A DNA stretch of 62,984 nucleotides, filler included, from Lenisia limosa (lineage: Eukaryota; Protista; Breviatea), in the NCBI GenBank assembly GCA_001655205.1. It is 7 parts of 7 records of this genome, joined end to end, with 100 filler letters (N's around TTAATTAATTAA, not from the genome) between each part and the next. Parts side by side here need not be neighbours in the genome. Positions count along the whole stretch, not along the records: positions 31,323 to 39,718 come from LPNZ01011714.1; positions 39,819 to 52,870 come from LPNZ01005430.1; 5 more parts are not named here. One strand, written 5' to 3'. The translations under genes and the position numbers were made by a program. This document shows positions 38,085-51,700 of this stretch, piece by piece (the stretch's first letter is position 1; the number at the start of each line of letters is the position of its first letter). The notes beneath the pieces are model-generated. The model saw nothing but the letters and a program-made list of their open reading frames with translations. It was not told the origin of the DNA and made no database searches.

Positions 38085-39255
38085 TGTGTACGGTGGAACA
38101 ATTCGTTGACCAATTGGAGGTAATCGATGACCACAACTATGGTTATGGTTGAAAGATCTCACGAAGCAGTGAAAAATATATTTGCAAAAACTCTTCCTGC
38201 AAAACACCCCAAGTTCCCAAGCTTTATGAGCCGACTCGCATAGCTCTTGGCACAGGTATAAATTGTTAGTTTATTTAAAGTCCAAAATGCCACAGTTGTT
38301 ACCTCCTTGGAGATTAACAAAACTATTTGAAATTTGCAACTCAGTGGGAAACTTGGGAAGTGAGGCACGTGAAAGAGATACGCCATTTGATGAAGCTGTG
38401 GCAATCCTGGCAAAAATTGACGCAAGATGTCGGAAGATAGACTGCAGATAAATATTTTCACATCCAGACGTACTTCGTTGTTGGCGATCTTTCCGAAGTT
38501 GCACACTACGAGTGCGCAGACCCTCCGTCGGTTGATGTTCCGTGTATTTGGAGCTCACGAGCATAGACCAATTAAGCCCGTTACTGTTTTGTGAAATATT
38601 TCACAAAACATTTCACTCCATGCGGCCATTGCGCTATTCTTGCCGCAGCCCGGCACCCAGATGTTTGGATTACTTGTGTCCATCCTATTATTTTCTTCAG
38701 CTCAACTATGCCCTCATTGGTAGAAAACAAATACTCTGTATACAAACATTTTATTGGACGTAAGCACATGGTTTTAAAACTGCAAGGTGACATTCTCAAG
38801 AGAGGGACAGGTGACCATTGATCATGTCCTAGGGATGTTACAAACCCTCAAAACAATTGGAAACTTCAAGAGGATGGACAAGCTTGGGAAGGTAATAATT
38901 CCACTTGTGTTCAGGCGGGAAGGACCTGGTCCCTTGGCTAGCTGATAGTGTTTTAAAGAATGCACACTCTATTCAGAAGGTATGGACGAGCTCCAGAAAA
39001 TGCTGTACCCGTAAAAGAATCTTTAACGGGGTAATCAGCTCTACTCTCCTCTTAAAAAAGCTTCAAGCGAGAAACTTGACTGTTCTCAAGATGGATCAGA
39101 ACGGCGAATGTCTGTTCAAGTGCAAACTTCCGCTCTACTGGGTTACTCATATGTGCTGGCTCTCACGAACTCCTTTCAACTGATGCGATTGTTGAGATTT
39201 GTTTTGTTCATTTCAAGAACATTTTTTGGTCTAATTATTAACAATTTTAATTTAA
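38085..39255 (+). CDS. Unidentified multi-exon ORF set, possibly with a degenerate OTU-like motif
   Basis: GT-AG-bounded open blocks: ISRSSEKYICKNSSCKTPQ, VGNLGSEARERDTPFDEAVAILAK, VTFSREGQVTIDHVLGMLQTLK, LQARNLTVLKMDQNGECLFK. Confidence 0.35.
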
Positions 39256-39319
39256 GAGAATTAACTGCTTGTTTTGTATATGCTGAATATCAAATTTGTT
39301 AAAACAAAAGGACATCCAA

Positions 39320-39485
39320 CCCCGCCTCCAACAGAATCATCGGACGTGACCCTCGAAGTAACCGATCCACGCCGAATGTTAACCGATTGAACCGTTGATG
39401 TGAACAAGGCAATGACTCCGCCAAATTGCGTTGAAGAAGTCCCGCCAGTCCGCTCCAGAGAAATGTCAACAAATATGTCCGTAAT
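39320..39485 (-). CDS. Exon encoding a GLUG-like / beta-helix surface-protein repeat
   Basis: DIFVDISLERTGGTSSTQFGGVIALFTSTVQSVNIRRGSVTSRVTSDDSVGG followed by a GT donor; resembles GG(V/L)IG/VGG..G repeats of GLUG-motif proteins. Confidence 0.45.
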
Positions 39486-39718
39486 CTGATTCTGTGAGAA
39501 ATGGTTGCGATTTAAAAAAATAGTGGTATCTGAAAATGTTCATAAAAATAATAATAAAAAAAAGATTTTAATAATATTGAAAAGTAAATAAATAAAAAAG
39601 GTATATACGAACGCAACTGACATCACCAACACGCGTATTCGAGATAATATAGTACGACGGTTCATTGCATATGCCAATTCAGGCTGATACCCAATGTAAC
39701 TTATTGTCTCACCATACA

Positions 39719-39818
39719 NNNNNNNNNNNNNNNNNNNNNNNNNNNNNNNNNNNNNNNNNNNNTTAATTAATTAANNNNNNNNNNNNNNNNNNNNNNNNNN
39801 NNNNNNNNNNNNNNNNNN
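39719..39818. other. Artificial contig-joining spacer
   Basis: N44-TTAATTAATTAA-N44. Confidence 0.97.
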
Positions 39819-40159
39819 TGTTTATCTCTTTTCAACCAGTTTACCCGGCTCTCCAACCCTGTTTCCGGTATTATAGCCACCTTTTGTATCAACCAAGTGT
39901 CCAGCCTTATAATCCCTTCTTACCTTTCACTACGGCAGTCTTATTCAACCAGGCCTCGTTTGAATCCACAATCGTCACTCTCCGACAAAGCCATCGACTG
40001 GGGGGGGGGGGGNNNNNNNNNNNNNNNNNNNNNNNNNNNNNNNNNNNNNNNNNNNNNNNNNNNNNNNNNNNNNNNNNNNNNNNNNNNNNNNNNNNAACCG
40101 AATAATCTGAAACTCCAAACACAAAACAAAAAACAAAACAAGCAATATGAGAGGTGGAA

Positions 40160-40287
40160 CACTACAGAGCATCGATTTGATTCCCTTATATTATATAAAA
40201 ATCCCATAAATTACCATACAATTTCATGGGATTCCTAATATGGAAATTCCAACGTTTTTCACAAGAATCCCAAATCGATGCGCAGTG
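40160..40287. mobile_element. MITE family B (about 130-145 bp, TIR CACTACGGCGCATCGACTTG, CACTA-like)
   Basis: CACTACAGAGCATCGATTTG...CAAATCGATGCGCAGTG. Related copies at about 40955-41098, 46796-46941 (ends CAAGTCGATGCGCCGTAGTG), 47390-47522 (begins CACTACGGCGC) and 48230-48310. Confidence 0.75.
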
Positions 40288-41109
40288 AGGTTTGGGACAT
40301 GATTGAGCCCCGGCATTTCTTCTTCCATTAATGGTTTTGTACCCTATTTCTGTTCCCAAAACAAGTCCAGTCGTACCTCTTTTTCTTTCGGCGCAGGCGA
40401 TGTTGAGTCACCCAACTGTTTTGTGAGGAAATATATCATATTATGTAGTATAACGTATCACTTTTACGTGTGAACTATCATTTTTCACACAGTGATATGA
40501 TACCTCATATCCACTTATACGGAAATTGACCGGCAAGCCTCAATGATATTCTGTCAGTTCATCATTTCAACTTAAAAGATGGTGATATGACCATATCACT
40601 GGTGAATATGGGTTGACATATGAATACTGCTACGTGGAAACTGATAGTTCCACGGTGTGAAAATGCTCCAAAACCATATTACTACGAAGTCTCACTGGTA
40701 CACTATGGAATCAAAAATACAATTTCTAAATATTTAACCAGTGTAAGGAAGTCTACCTTGGTTCCCATTTTTCGACCGACTGTCCCACTTCGGCCTAAAA
40801 CTATCAGAAGCACTGTTAGGAATGAATTGAAAGAATGGACATTTGAGTTGCAAAAAGCGTTATTTAATGTAATAGCCCCCTCATTGTGAGATGAATTAAT
40901 ATAGTTTTAAAATATGCAATGTTGCAAATAAACAACACGGTGTTGTTTCAGAACCCCTATGGCGTGTCGACTTGGGATTCCCTTATATTATTTAGGAATC
41001 CCATAAATTTCTTCAAATTCCCATAAAACTACATGGGATTTCCATGTGAAATATGGGAATGCCAACGTTTTCGCAAGATTCTGAAGTCGATCCGCAGTTC
41101 CCCCCACAT

Positions 41110-44100
41110 TCCAGCCCTCCATTGCAAGGGACATGAGGAGCGTGTAGTCTGGGTTTGACTCGAACACCATATCCCGCACCACTTTCAGCATCAGATAGAA
41201 CACCGCTAAAAGTGAAAAGACTTGGAACAATTCAAATAGTATTATATGATATTTGAAAATACAAATATCAATATTAGCTAATTTTCATATATCATAAAAT
41301 ACAATTTTCAAATATCAAATATCTACGCATTTCATCAATTAGAATACGGAATATTACATTTCTAATAGAGTTCAAACAGTTCAAATATTCCATAATTAAC
41401 TAAAATACAGATATTCCATGATTAATTGACAAAAACAACTAAAAAATCATACCGTTTGGGAAGTATTATCATCCCGTGATACCTAGTTTCAGTATTATAT
41501 GATATTGATTATATGATTTGGAAGATTTTCTTGCATTCCAGTACTCACCAGGAAGGTCTCCGGCAATTTCGTAACAAGGTAGGGACTTGCGACTGTTTAC
41601 TTTATGGATGGTGTTTTTACCCGTGTGGCACACTAAAAATGTAAAATTGTATAACTTCCTAAAAGCAATAGTGACAACTAAAAGTAAGAGAATAATATTA
41701 AAAATAATAACTAAGTGTGATATTAAAAATAATAACAAAGTCCCAAAATTTGTTTAATTGTGTGACATAAAGAATTTTTTAAAATATAAAGACTCATGGA
41801 ATAGTTATGCACTAACAATGGTTAACAGTGATTAAATGTGACGATTCCATTTTCTATAAAACTCCAGAGCACACTAAAAATAGTAACTATATGAAAAAAC
41901 TACAAAATGACTCTTAAGATAATTAGTTGTGACACACTAAAAATATTTAATGAAAGTAATCACAATGCGATATTAAAACTAATCTACAAAATTAGTGTAT
42001 GATGACAAAATTTATTGATTTCCCCCACCTCCTGCTTTATCCGCCCAGGGCAACCGGATCCTTGTCAGCCAAATCATGATGTAAATGATTGACTCTAAAT
42101 CGTCTCGTCGAGATTGTCCTGAATCCATTAGAGACCTTTCGGAAATACAGATTTTACTTAATTTAGTAAAATTCGTGTACCTGAACGGTCCCTTAGTCAT
42201 TTAATTCTTGTGAAGTGAGTAACCAATCTAATTTCATAGCGAGACTCTATAAGTAAGAAGTATGAATTATTTCAATGATCATGTAATTAATTGCTGAATA
42301 TAGCATTTATCTTGTCAAATTATGGGATATCTTTAAACATTTTTAGTTGCAAAAATGACCTCCTATTCTGTCTTGTGCTCTTAAAAATACCAGCTTTATC
42401 ACTTTATTATCAAAAGATCCCTAAGCTGTCAAATCTGATTCTTGGAAGGTAAAAATTGGACCACGTCATAATAATATTGAAACCTCATCACATGTGGTGA
42501 TCTTTGAAGAGGGAGATAGAGAGGGCTTCCCTTCGGTTCGAAAACTGGTAAAATATCGATAACTTTTGAAGATTTATCGAGAAATGCAGTCTATTTTCGA
42601 ACCCAAGTGAAGCCCTAGACACAAATATTCATTCCAGTATCATCTAGATCTGTGATGTGAATTGATTCATTAGTTTTTGTGTACCATCTTGATTAACAAC
42701 GCTTTATTAGCCCTTGGGCATACCTAGTTTGAATTGCGAGTGTTTGGAGCAAAACATAAGATTTATCGGAATTTTCGATAGTGTACGACATCGGGCATAG
42801 GGCTGGGAGGTGAGAAAAAAAGAGCTTATTGTGAGAGAAAAGGGTGAATACATTCTTGGCAAGTCATTCAATCCATCAAGCCTTTTAAAACCTCCGTCTA
42901 TCTCTCTCTCTTCTCAACATTATCATGTAACACTGTAGTTAAAACACTCACCAAATGGGTATCATCAGCGCTCCTGAACTTAAAACCTGAAAAGTAAAAA
43001 TTTGAAATACATTGGATTTTGAGCTGAAAGGACTAAAACATACATTTATTGAAGCAATTTTGGTGATTAGGTTAATACTGTGTTAATAAATATAAGACTG
43101 AAAAAACAGATTATATTAACAAATAACACGATATAAATATGAAATGAGATTTCTGATGTTATTTGAGATAAAATGTGATTCTTTTGAAAACAATTGACAC
43201 TATCATAATGCCCTAGATAGGTAGGTTTCATTTTTAAGAAAACAAAGAATTGTGGAAAAGTTTTCTTCCTAAGGTATGCTTCAAAGTTTGTTTAAATGAC
43301 CAGGTATAAAATTAAAAAGACGCTGTTTACAAGATCCCAGGTTGACCATGTTGCTAAGAGCTGATTTGTAGTTGTCAATTTAATTTATAAAATCTAATTA
43401 ATTCTTCCCACACGAAAAACCAAATAAATCACCCTCCATACATGAACCAAGATTGCCGAGATACAACGAGTGGCAGTTGGTACCATATCCCATGTAAAAG
43501 TCAGCCGGTGTGAGTCTGCCGTGTACAAAACCCTCGTTATGCAGCAAACGGATACGATGAATCTGGAAACTTGTCAAAAGATGGTTTTGCGTGATTTTGG
43601 TTGTGAAGATACAATAATAGTTGCACTAGAATTTTGATTGATAAATACATGTTGTTGGTGATGTTGGTTGTATTAAAGATGGAAATAAAGTTTTTTACGT
43701 TGAAAAGATGGGCACTGTCATCATAAAATATGAAATTTGGCTCAAAATTTAAAGCACACAAATCAAAATTTGTCATCACACACAACTCACTGCTTGAATG
43801 CCAATAAATAAAGCGGACGATGCACTGAGACCTGGTTTTCCAACTCGGAGGCTTTCTAAGGATGGACCGAGACGTTCGGTGATGATACATCTGTGAATTA
43901 GGTTAAAATTCGAGTTTAAAAACAACCTAATGTGCTGCATTGCAAACTTAAAAATGTTATTTGAATATTCAAAAGGCTCTCAAACTGGCTATTACTCATA
44001 AACCTTGTAACAAACCGGCTACTAGAGTCTCGACCAGTCCATATGGGGATCGGGTAAAAGCCTAATAAAAATAAAACCCTTTAATCGTAATGAAAATATA

Positions 44101-44313
44101 TCATTATAAGGTCATGGGTGAACACTAATGTTATTAATTACCTTGTAATGAAGTTCAAAATAAAAACAATCTGGAAAGACAATCCCATTATTCTCCATAA
44201 CCACTCACGAGAATTCAGTGTGATCAGGATTTTCCATTCCATGTGGACGATAGTTTGATCGGTTGGTCGAATGAGTTTGAACTGAATCGGCTGCCCGGAT
44301 ACCTCCATTGTAG
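41110..44313 (-). CDS. Casein kinase 1-like pseudokinase; flanking exons probably extend to about 39920 and beyond 44313
   Basis: In-phase exons: TMEVSGQPIQFKLIRPTDQTIVHMEWKIL (44209-44313), FYPIPIWTGRDSSSR, CIITERLGPSLESL, LLHNEGFVHGRLTPADFYMGYGTNCHSLYLGNLG, GQSRRDDLESIIYIMIWLTRIRLPW, RKSLPCYEIAGDLP, VRDMVFESNPDY. LGPSL, SRRDDLES, LPW and PDY are CK1 hallmarks. Confidence 0.85.
42524..42613. mobile_element. MITE family A copy (intronic)
   Basis: GGGCTTCCCTTCGGTTCGAAAACT...TTTTCGAACCCAAGTGAAGCCC|tag. Confidence 0.8.
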
Positions 44314-44877
44314 CTGGGCGGAGTAAAACGAAGGAAATTTCAATGAAAACTATTGGTGTTACTTATCACGAACCGAATAATCTGAAACTCCAAACAAATA
44401 AAAAACAAAAAACAAGCAATTACAAACACGTGCAACCAGCGCTAAAACAATTAGCAACACACGAGGGTTGACAACAACAAAACAAACAAAGCCCAGGTCA
44501 AAGTGAAACGATATTACCATTGTTAATGGAGGGCGAATGATAACTCCAATAATACCAATAAATGTGCTAGGGAGAAGCAGAAAGATGTGTGCACAGAGTT
44601 TTAAGGCAAATGATTGGGTGAATTAATATTAAACTATAATCCAATACATATTATAAGCGTGATGGTGTGGAAGGCTTCGGCCAGATACAACCTTATTTGT
44701 TATTTCTCATTGCTATAGCTTGATCACATTATACCCGAATTGCAAAGTTCATAAAGATTACATATAGTATAGTATGATGAATAGGCATATCACAACATAA
44801 GAATTTCTGTTTCACAACAAATCATAACACGAGATGTCGAACTCATTTAAATACAAAAGTATAATCAAAAAGGCTGT

Positions 44878-45075
44878 TAAATGACAACTAACCAGAGAAG
44901 AGGCTGTAAAATGACAACTAACAAAACCAGCTGACAACTAACCAGAGAAGAGGCTGTAAAATGACATCTAACAAAACCAGCTTTAAACTGACAACTAACC
45001 ATAGAAGAGGCTGTAAAATGACATCTAACAAAACCAGCTTTAAACTGACAACTAACCATAGAAGAGGCTGTAAAA
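44878..45075. repeat. Minisatellite, about 55-62-bp unit x3-4
   Basis: Repeated TGACAACTAACCA(G/T)AGAAGAGGCTGTAAAATGACA(A/T)CTAACAAAACCAGC. Confidence 0.9.
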
Positions 45076-45789
45076 TTCATTGGTGAACACAGGGTCTGGG
45101 TCCACTCTAAATAGTGATATGATAGGGAATTGTTACCTGATGATAATTATGCATATTTAGAGTTTTGCATGGAAATAATTATAAATATTGAAAATTGTTG
45201 AAATTGACCAAATTCAAATTTGCTTCCAGGAAAATAAACAATAATTCCAGCCTTAATTCTATATAGGAGATAAACCATAAACAACTTCAATCTTAATTAT
45301 AAATGGGAAAATACAGAATAACCAACTTTAGCCTTGGCTTCTGTATGGAAACAGGAGTGCCCATTGTTTCTCCTAAAATATAAAATGTGAAAAAAGCACC
45401 ATAAAGTATCACGAAATAACATTCTAGGGTTTGATACACCAAGGGGGGAAATTCATCTCGTAATAATATATTTTCAAGATGTGTAAGTAGCATTTCCAAA
45501 AATCTGACACCTTCGTGTTCATAATTGGCAATTCAAAAGCCACCAAAAACTCACCCTCAAGATTATCACGCTTCAATACACTATTCATATGAAACGCCTT
45601 TATCTCACATTCCAGACATTTCTTTTTAACCATTCATCATTCATTATCTCATTAGAGCTTTATTATCGATATGTATCGAGAATTTATCGAAAATGTAACT
45701 CTACCCTTGGCCTCAGCAACAATAGGCCACAAAATGTGGCCCGATTTAACATAACTATGATGAATCCTCAATACTCCTCATCCCCACTT

Positions 45790-48700
45790 TCATTTGAAGA
45801 TGATGATGGAGAGCCGTCTGAGCGAATTGATTTGATCATCAAATTTGTTGAATGGCTACTTAGTAAGTCTTGATACTGGTGTTTACATGAAATCGGTTTG
45901 GTTGAAGCAGTTAAGTGATGAAGATACCAGGTTAAAACATAAAGATGGAAAATTTAACAAGGTTGTATCTGGCTGAAACTTGATTACACATCTTGAATGT
46001 TAAAAAATTTGGATTTTGATGGAGAATAAGTGCAGACTATAATGCCGTTTAGTATGTGAAACGTTGATGTCTCGTTACAAATGCGCTTTCATTTTTGAAG
46101 CTTACCTAATAGAAAAACGTCGAGCCGGCTCACTTCCAGATCTATTAGGGTGTTTCTGGCACAATAAAAAGACCTTATATAATGCAATCCAAAATCGTTT
46201 GATCATTTCTCAGGTTTATTCAGGGCTGAATCTCTAGTTTACAAAGGTGAAAGGGAATTAGGAAATCTGCAATCTGGAATTTGGAATATCTGCATTATCT
46301 GGAATCAAAAAATGGAAAACATAATTTTAAATATCTGGGAAAGTCATTAAAAATAACATTCAATCTTCCAAATTCCAAATATCTCCAAATAGAAACACTC
46401 AAAGCTTACCATCATCGGGGACAGGACATTGCCCTGAGATTTGCTTAGGCCGGGCTAAAATGTTGATAAGGTTAGTTTACATGATCGCGATTAATAAAAC
46501 ACAGGAAATAACTATCCAAAGGTCAGTCTTTGTTCCAGAAATTATTATTTATAACAATTTGTATTCAAAATAATTAAATGTTCCAAATTTATCAAAATGA
46601 CTGGTTTCAATGGATGATTTTCAGAAGTCAAACTACATTATAGTTTAAATTAAGTGTTGAAATAAGGGACAATGGTGCTTTGGTACAGAGATCGGGATTG
46701 GACTTGACCGATTTGCTCAATTATTTCCCAATGAAAATAGGTCAAGACTTACCGCGGGCATTGTGTATCATATGCTTTCATCTGACTTTATCACATTACT
46801 GCCCATCGACTTGGGAGTATTGTGAAAAAGTTGGAATTCACGTATTTTACATGGAAATCCCATGAAATTATATGGTAATTGGAAGAAATTTATGGAATTC
46901 CCAAATAATAACAAGGAACCTCAAGTCGATGCGCCGTAGTGCAGTGACATGTCTACCTGACTTGAAGGGACATTCATAGTCATAGTTGGTTATGAATATA
47001 TTATATGTTTTGGCAATGTGCATTCATACAAATTAACGCCAAACTCCCACCCCACTCTCGCCCAAACGTCTTCGGAAAGTCCCATTGGACTTGGGGTGAA
47101 AGTGTCCCTGTGAATGTGAACAAGTTGCAATAAATCACAAAAAGTGAGTATCCTGTAGTACTTGAAATTCCATAAATTTCGTCAGTTTTACATATGTGTG
47201 ATATTTGACAATATTATTACATGTGATTCGCATAATGGAAATTCCTACATGCTCATAACAATCCTAAGTCAATGTCTCATAAAAACTCCATTTACGATAT
47301 ATCGCTGCGAGGGGTTAAGCCTCCCTCAGAACTGGATGCCGGCGTGTATCGACCCTATCGAGTGAGAAGGGTGTCAGATTTTGTTTTGGCACTACGGCGC
47401 AATGGCTTGGGATTCTTGTGAAAACGTTGGAATTCCCATATTTTTTTTTTCATGAAAACCCATGGAATTTTTTTGGTAATTCAAAGGAATTTATGGGATT
47501 TCAAAATAATAACAAGAAACCCCTCATTTTAGTGGTGGTAATTAGGAATTCGCGATAGAAACTGTAAAATATCGTAAATTTTCATCGATTTATAGACAAT
47601 TGGCTTTTTAAAACCAAACTGAAACCCAAGTTATATTCATACACCGACCACGATAATTCCTGATACAATTCAATCATTTCATCAGTATCAATTTTAAAGA
47701 AGAATTGAATATGGATACTAGGGGTTTTTTTGACCCTCTCAAGTTAGCAGGTTTTGTAACAGTTATTGAGATGAGAATATATAATAAGGTTGTATGTGAG
47801 ATAATTGCTAAGGTGCTATATCGTATCTAATACATCATCCATCATCATCATCATCATCATTATCATCATTATCATCATTATCATCATTATCATCATTATC
47901 ATCATTATCATCATTATCATCAGCAGCACCACCCTTCAGCCCTCACCTGCATCGAAGGACTATCTCTCTCCAGTGCCTTTTGCAAGTGAATAACACTCAG
48001 TTTGCTCATTAGCTCTACCTGGCTTTCTAAACTAAATAACAAAATGAGTTCCAAAATAATTCAGTTATGCCTGAAATCTTTGATATGTTTCTTTCTTTGA
48101 CCCCATTTATTCAATGTCTTGGAAAATTACTTGACAAAAACATTTGAAATTCAATATTTGTAATTTTTTTTCTTGAATTAAAGCCGATCTTTTAAAATTC
48201 AAAATTAATCTCCCAATGAATTGAATGGAGTTCATAAAATTTCATGGGATTTCCATGGAAAATATGGGAATTCCACGTTTTTACAAGAATGTCAAGTCGA
48301 TGTGCAGTAGTATTCAAGGCAATAAAAACGGAGAATAATTCTGGGATATTTCTTTGATATCAGCGTTTTCCAATGAATTAGACCACATTAATTACAATAA
48401 CATAATGCTCATTTACCCACACACCCGAACCCCTTCATTATGGCACACGGACTTGGAATTGGTGTTTGGGGAATTTCGTGAATTTCTCGGGATTTTCAAA
48501 CCTATTATCATTGGATCCGTCATAATCCTCAGTAAATGCGACGTAGTTTTTTAGCTCACATTTCCCTTGTTCGTTCCAACCCTATCTCCTTTTGTTTACG
48601 TATTGTATTCCAACCCTCACCTCTTTCTTGTCTTGGATACGACTCGAGACCAATCTGATGGATGATAGGGGAGGGTTGGGGCATGAGAATTGGAGACGGG

Positions 48701-51700
48701 GCGAAGTGCTTCTCCTAAATTTGAAATGTGAAACATAACTTTTTGAAGAACATTATGCACTAAACAACTATCAATTATATTATATATCTTTCATTGTTAT
48801 TTAACCTAGTATTAAATGTGCAATGTGCAGAAAATAGTTATTTTGAAATTAGGCTTCCATTGGTCCAAAAAATGTCACAAATTTGTCAAGGGGCTGTCAA
48901 AACAATTCGGTCCATTTTTGAGAACACAATTTGTTAGAAAAGACGAGAACCCAGCTGTCCAAAAACAATTTGTTAGAGAAGACGGGAACCCAACTGTCAA
49001 AAACAATCCAACATTTTTGAACACTTTGGTGATGATCGGTGGTTTTGGGGGTTTCGGGGGTTTCGGCTGCTGTGGAGAGGGCCTAGAGGGGAGTTGAGAA
49101 GAGCACAATTTTAGATAAGAAGACTGGTTTCTAAGAGGGAGGCATACTTCGAAAATTATTAAAACGAACAATATATTATGTTAATATATGTACATGAATG
49201 TATCTTCAAAGATAAGCAATACAGTAAGTTTGCCTCGCCGAAGCCGTCCAAACAATCACTTCGAAATTCTTGAGTAATTTGTATAAGGTTCAGAATTAAC
49301 AACTAAATCTGATACCGACTCAAATAATCCTGGTAATATAACAAAAATCATATTTATTTGAAAGTGGTAGTAAGTTATGGCTAATATGAATCCCTCACTA
49401 TACCTTTGCGACATCTCAGTTGATGTATCGGATGACGAAGTGTCAGATTGTAACGGTACTAAGTTCTGCGAATAAGGTAACAAAATAAAGTAGCAGATTG
49501 ATTGGTGTTGTATTTCTATGTATTTACTGGTATTGCAATCAAGGGTTTAACTTTGATACAGACAGTGACTGTTTTTTATAATCATCCCCTTTAAATGTAC
49601 AATATAATATATTTAAAAGGTCAAACAAACTACAAATTACAATGATATCACTAGTGGATATGGATCAACATATCAAAAATGTATGTATATGATTTCACCG
49701 TAATATCAATTTTGGCTCATTTTCAAACTTGTTAATTATCATTAATAAATGAACAACAAGCTCCAATGAATAAGGGTAACATTTGACAAGGTATGCGAAA
49801 TAGTAAGTCAAGAGCCGTGTGAAAAATATGATTTTTAAAACGCCCAAAATAACGGAAACATTTACATAGTAATTAAAGCCTATTGATTGGTCCCGTCAAA
49901 CCGTGCAGTGGAAAGGCCGTGTTCCTAAACAGTAAAACACATGAAAGTTTCCATGACATTTTTCCTTGTAATATGTATATATTCATGTACATGTACATTT
50001 TGAGCGCTTAATTAATAAGAGGGTATTTTTCTGTTTATTTCAAAAATTTCAAAATCAAATTCATCTCGTTTGTAGATAAAAAAAACACAAAATACAATAG
50101 CAAAAATAAAAACCCGGGGTACCGCCCACCATCCTCGCCGTCCTCAGCTTTTTTGCTGAGTTGTATATGCGAATTTTTGTTTAGGCCAGTTTCAATGACC
50201 AAGTGGCTTGGGGGTGAGTTTTTCAACAGCAAGAAATTATCAAATTAAACAAATTCAACAATCAAGAGATAAAGTGAAGACAGCCCTAATCATCTTGAAT
50301 CCCTTCATTGTATGTAGACATTCTCTCCGCCCCAAAGTTAAAAAAAGTATCGACATTTATTGCGAAGAATTCAGTCTTTGCTTTATAAAGTTTCAGCTTT
50401 CGATGATCCCACAATAAAGACCAGTTTCAATATAATCTGGTAACTGCAAACCCGAAATTTAGAACAAACATACTTTTATCCACACATCTAGCAGAAATGT
50501 ACTCATAACATACGTGTTGTATTTGATGACACCCCTTTTCCATAACATTGCTTTCTCAGTGTCACCCTGTTCCTTGCTCAGTACCACTTAGGCTTCACTT
50601 CGGTTCGAAAAGTGACTGAATTCTAAAAATCCTCGAAAATTATCGATAATTTCCTAGTATTTTTGTAGCTGAAGTGAAGCCATAAGTACCGCCTTTGTAA
50701 TAACACTGTACAGTCCACCCTTATAATAACACTGTACAGTATTATTACCCTTGTCTTACGTTTCATTTGAATTGAAAGGGGGCGAGGGGGAACTTGTCAA
50801 GATGATCGGAGCTTCCATAGGCTGCCCCCACTAGGAATTAGGTTGGAGTGATGAGTATGAATTGAGTGAAACTGAGTACCAAGTTGGGCTCCGTGCAATT
50901 ATTTTTTGAAATTAATTATTACAGTGTTTGAAATTAAGTATACATTACAATATGTCGCACTTCAAATTTTGAAATATTTTTCAATGAAGTGCACGGAGCC
51001 CTAGTAAAAAGAGGAGGGATAATGGGGACGGTAATGAAAGGGAATTGGGGGAATAATATTGAGTGGGCTCATTCAATATTATTTGAAAAAAGTAATGTGA
51101 GTTAACGAACATTCCTGATGAGTTAATTAACAGTCGTGGCGAGTATGCCTTAGCAAAGAGATTGTACTGCAAAAGAGGTACATATTTGTAAAACTATATG
51201 AGGGGGTGAATAAATCGTGAATGAATGTGAGCTTGTCAAATTTACTGTGTGAGGGGTGAATTGAAGAGAGTGAATAATTGAATAATGATTGAGACTGTGA
51301 TGTAATTTCATGACCTAAATGTGAGCCATGGCTAGTCAACTTGCGAGTGGGCTGGTTCATATTAGTACGATTTACAGTGGACTTTATTTCGTCATATTCG
51401 CATTTAATACACATATTCTGCATAATAGCAATTTTCCTATCTTACCCGTGCTTATGATATTTTTCTCAACGGGATCCCAAAATATATCATTAACGCGGAC
51501 AATGACGAATAAGAATAGCAATAATAAGGGCGAATATGACAAAATCAAAGTAAACTATAAGACGTACTATCCCCAAACACCAACCTGAGTTGTGTGACTA
51601 CTCCGTAGCTACAATGATAGTCGAGTTAAACTGGAGAGCAACTAATCTCAGCTAATACGGGGGAAAACTTAAGGGACGGCCAGTTAATCTGGTAACATTT

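Noticed and set aside
44877-45080. ORF with repeated HFTASSMVSCQFKAGFVRC, and the array as a possible CRISPR
   Set aside because: Head-to-tail minisatellite without unique spacers; eukaryotic context, no cas genes.
46680-46865. Plus-strand VQRSGLDLTDLLNYF as a kinase-like fragment
   Set aside because: Too short, opposite to the surrounding exon polarity, and overlaps a MITE.
47805-47993. Poly-Ile ORF
   Set aside because: Translation of an ATC/ATT microsatellite.
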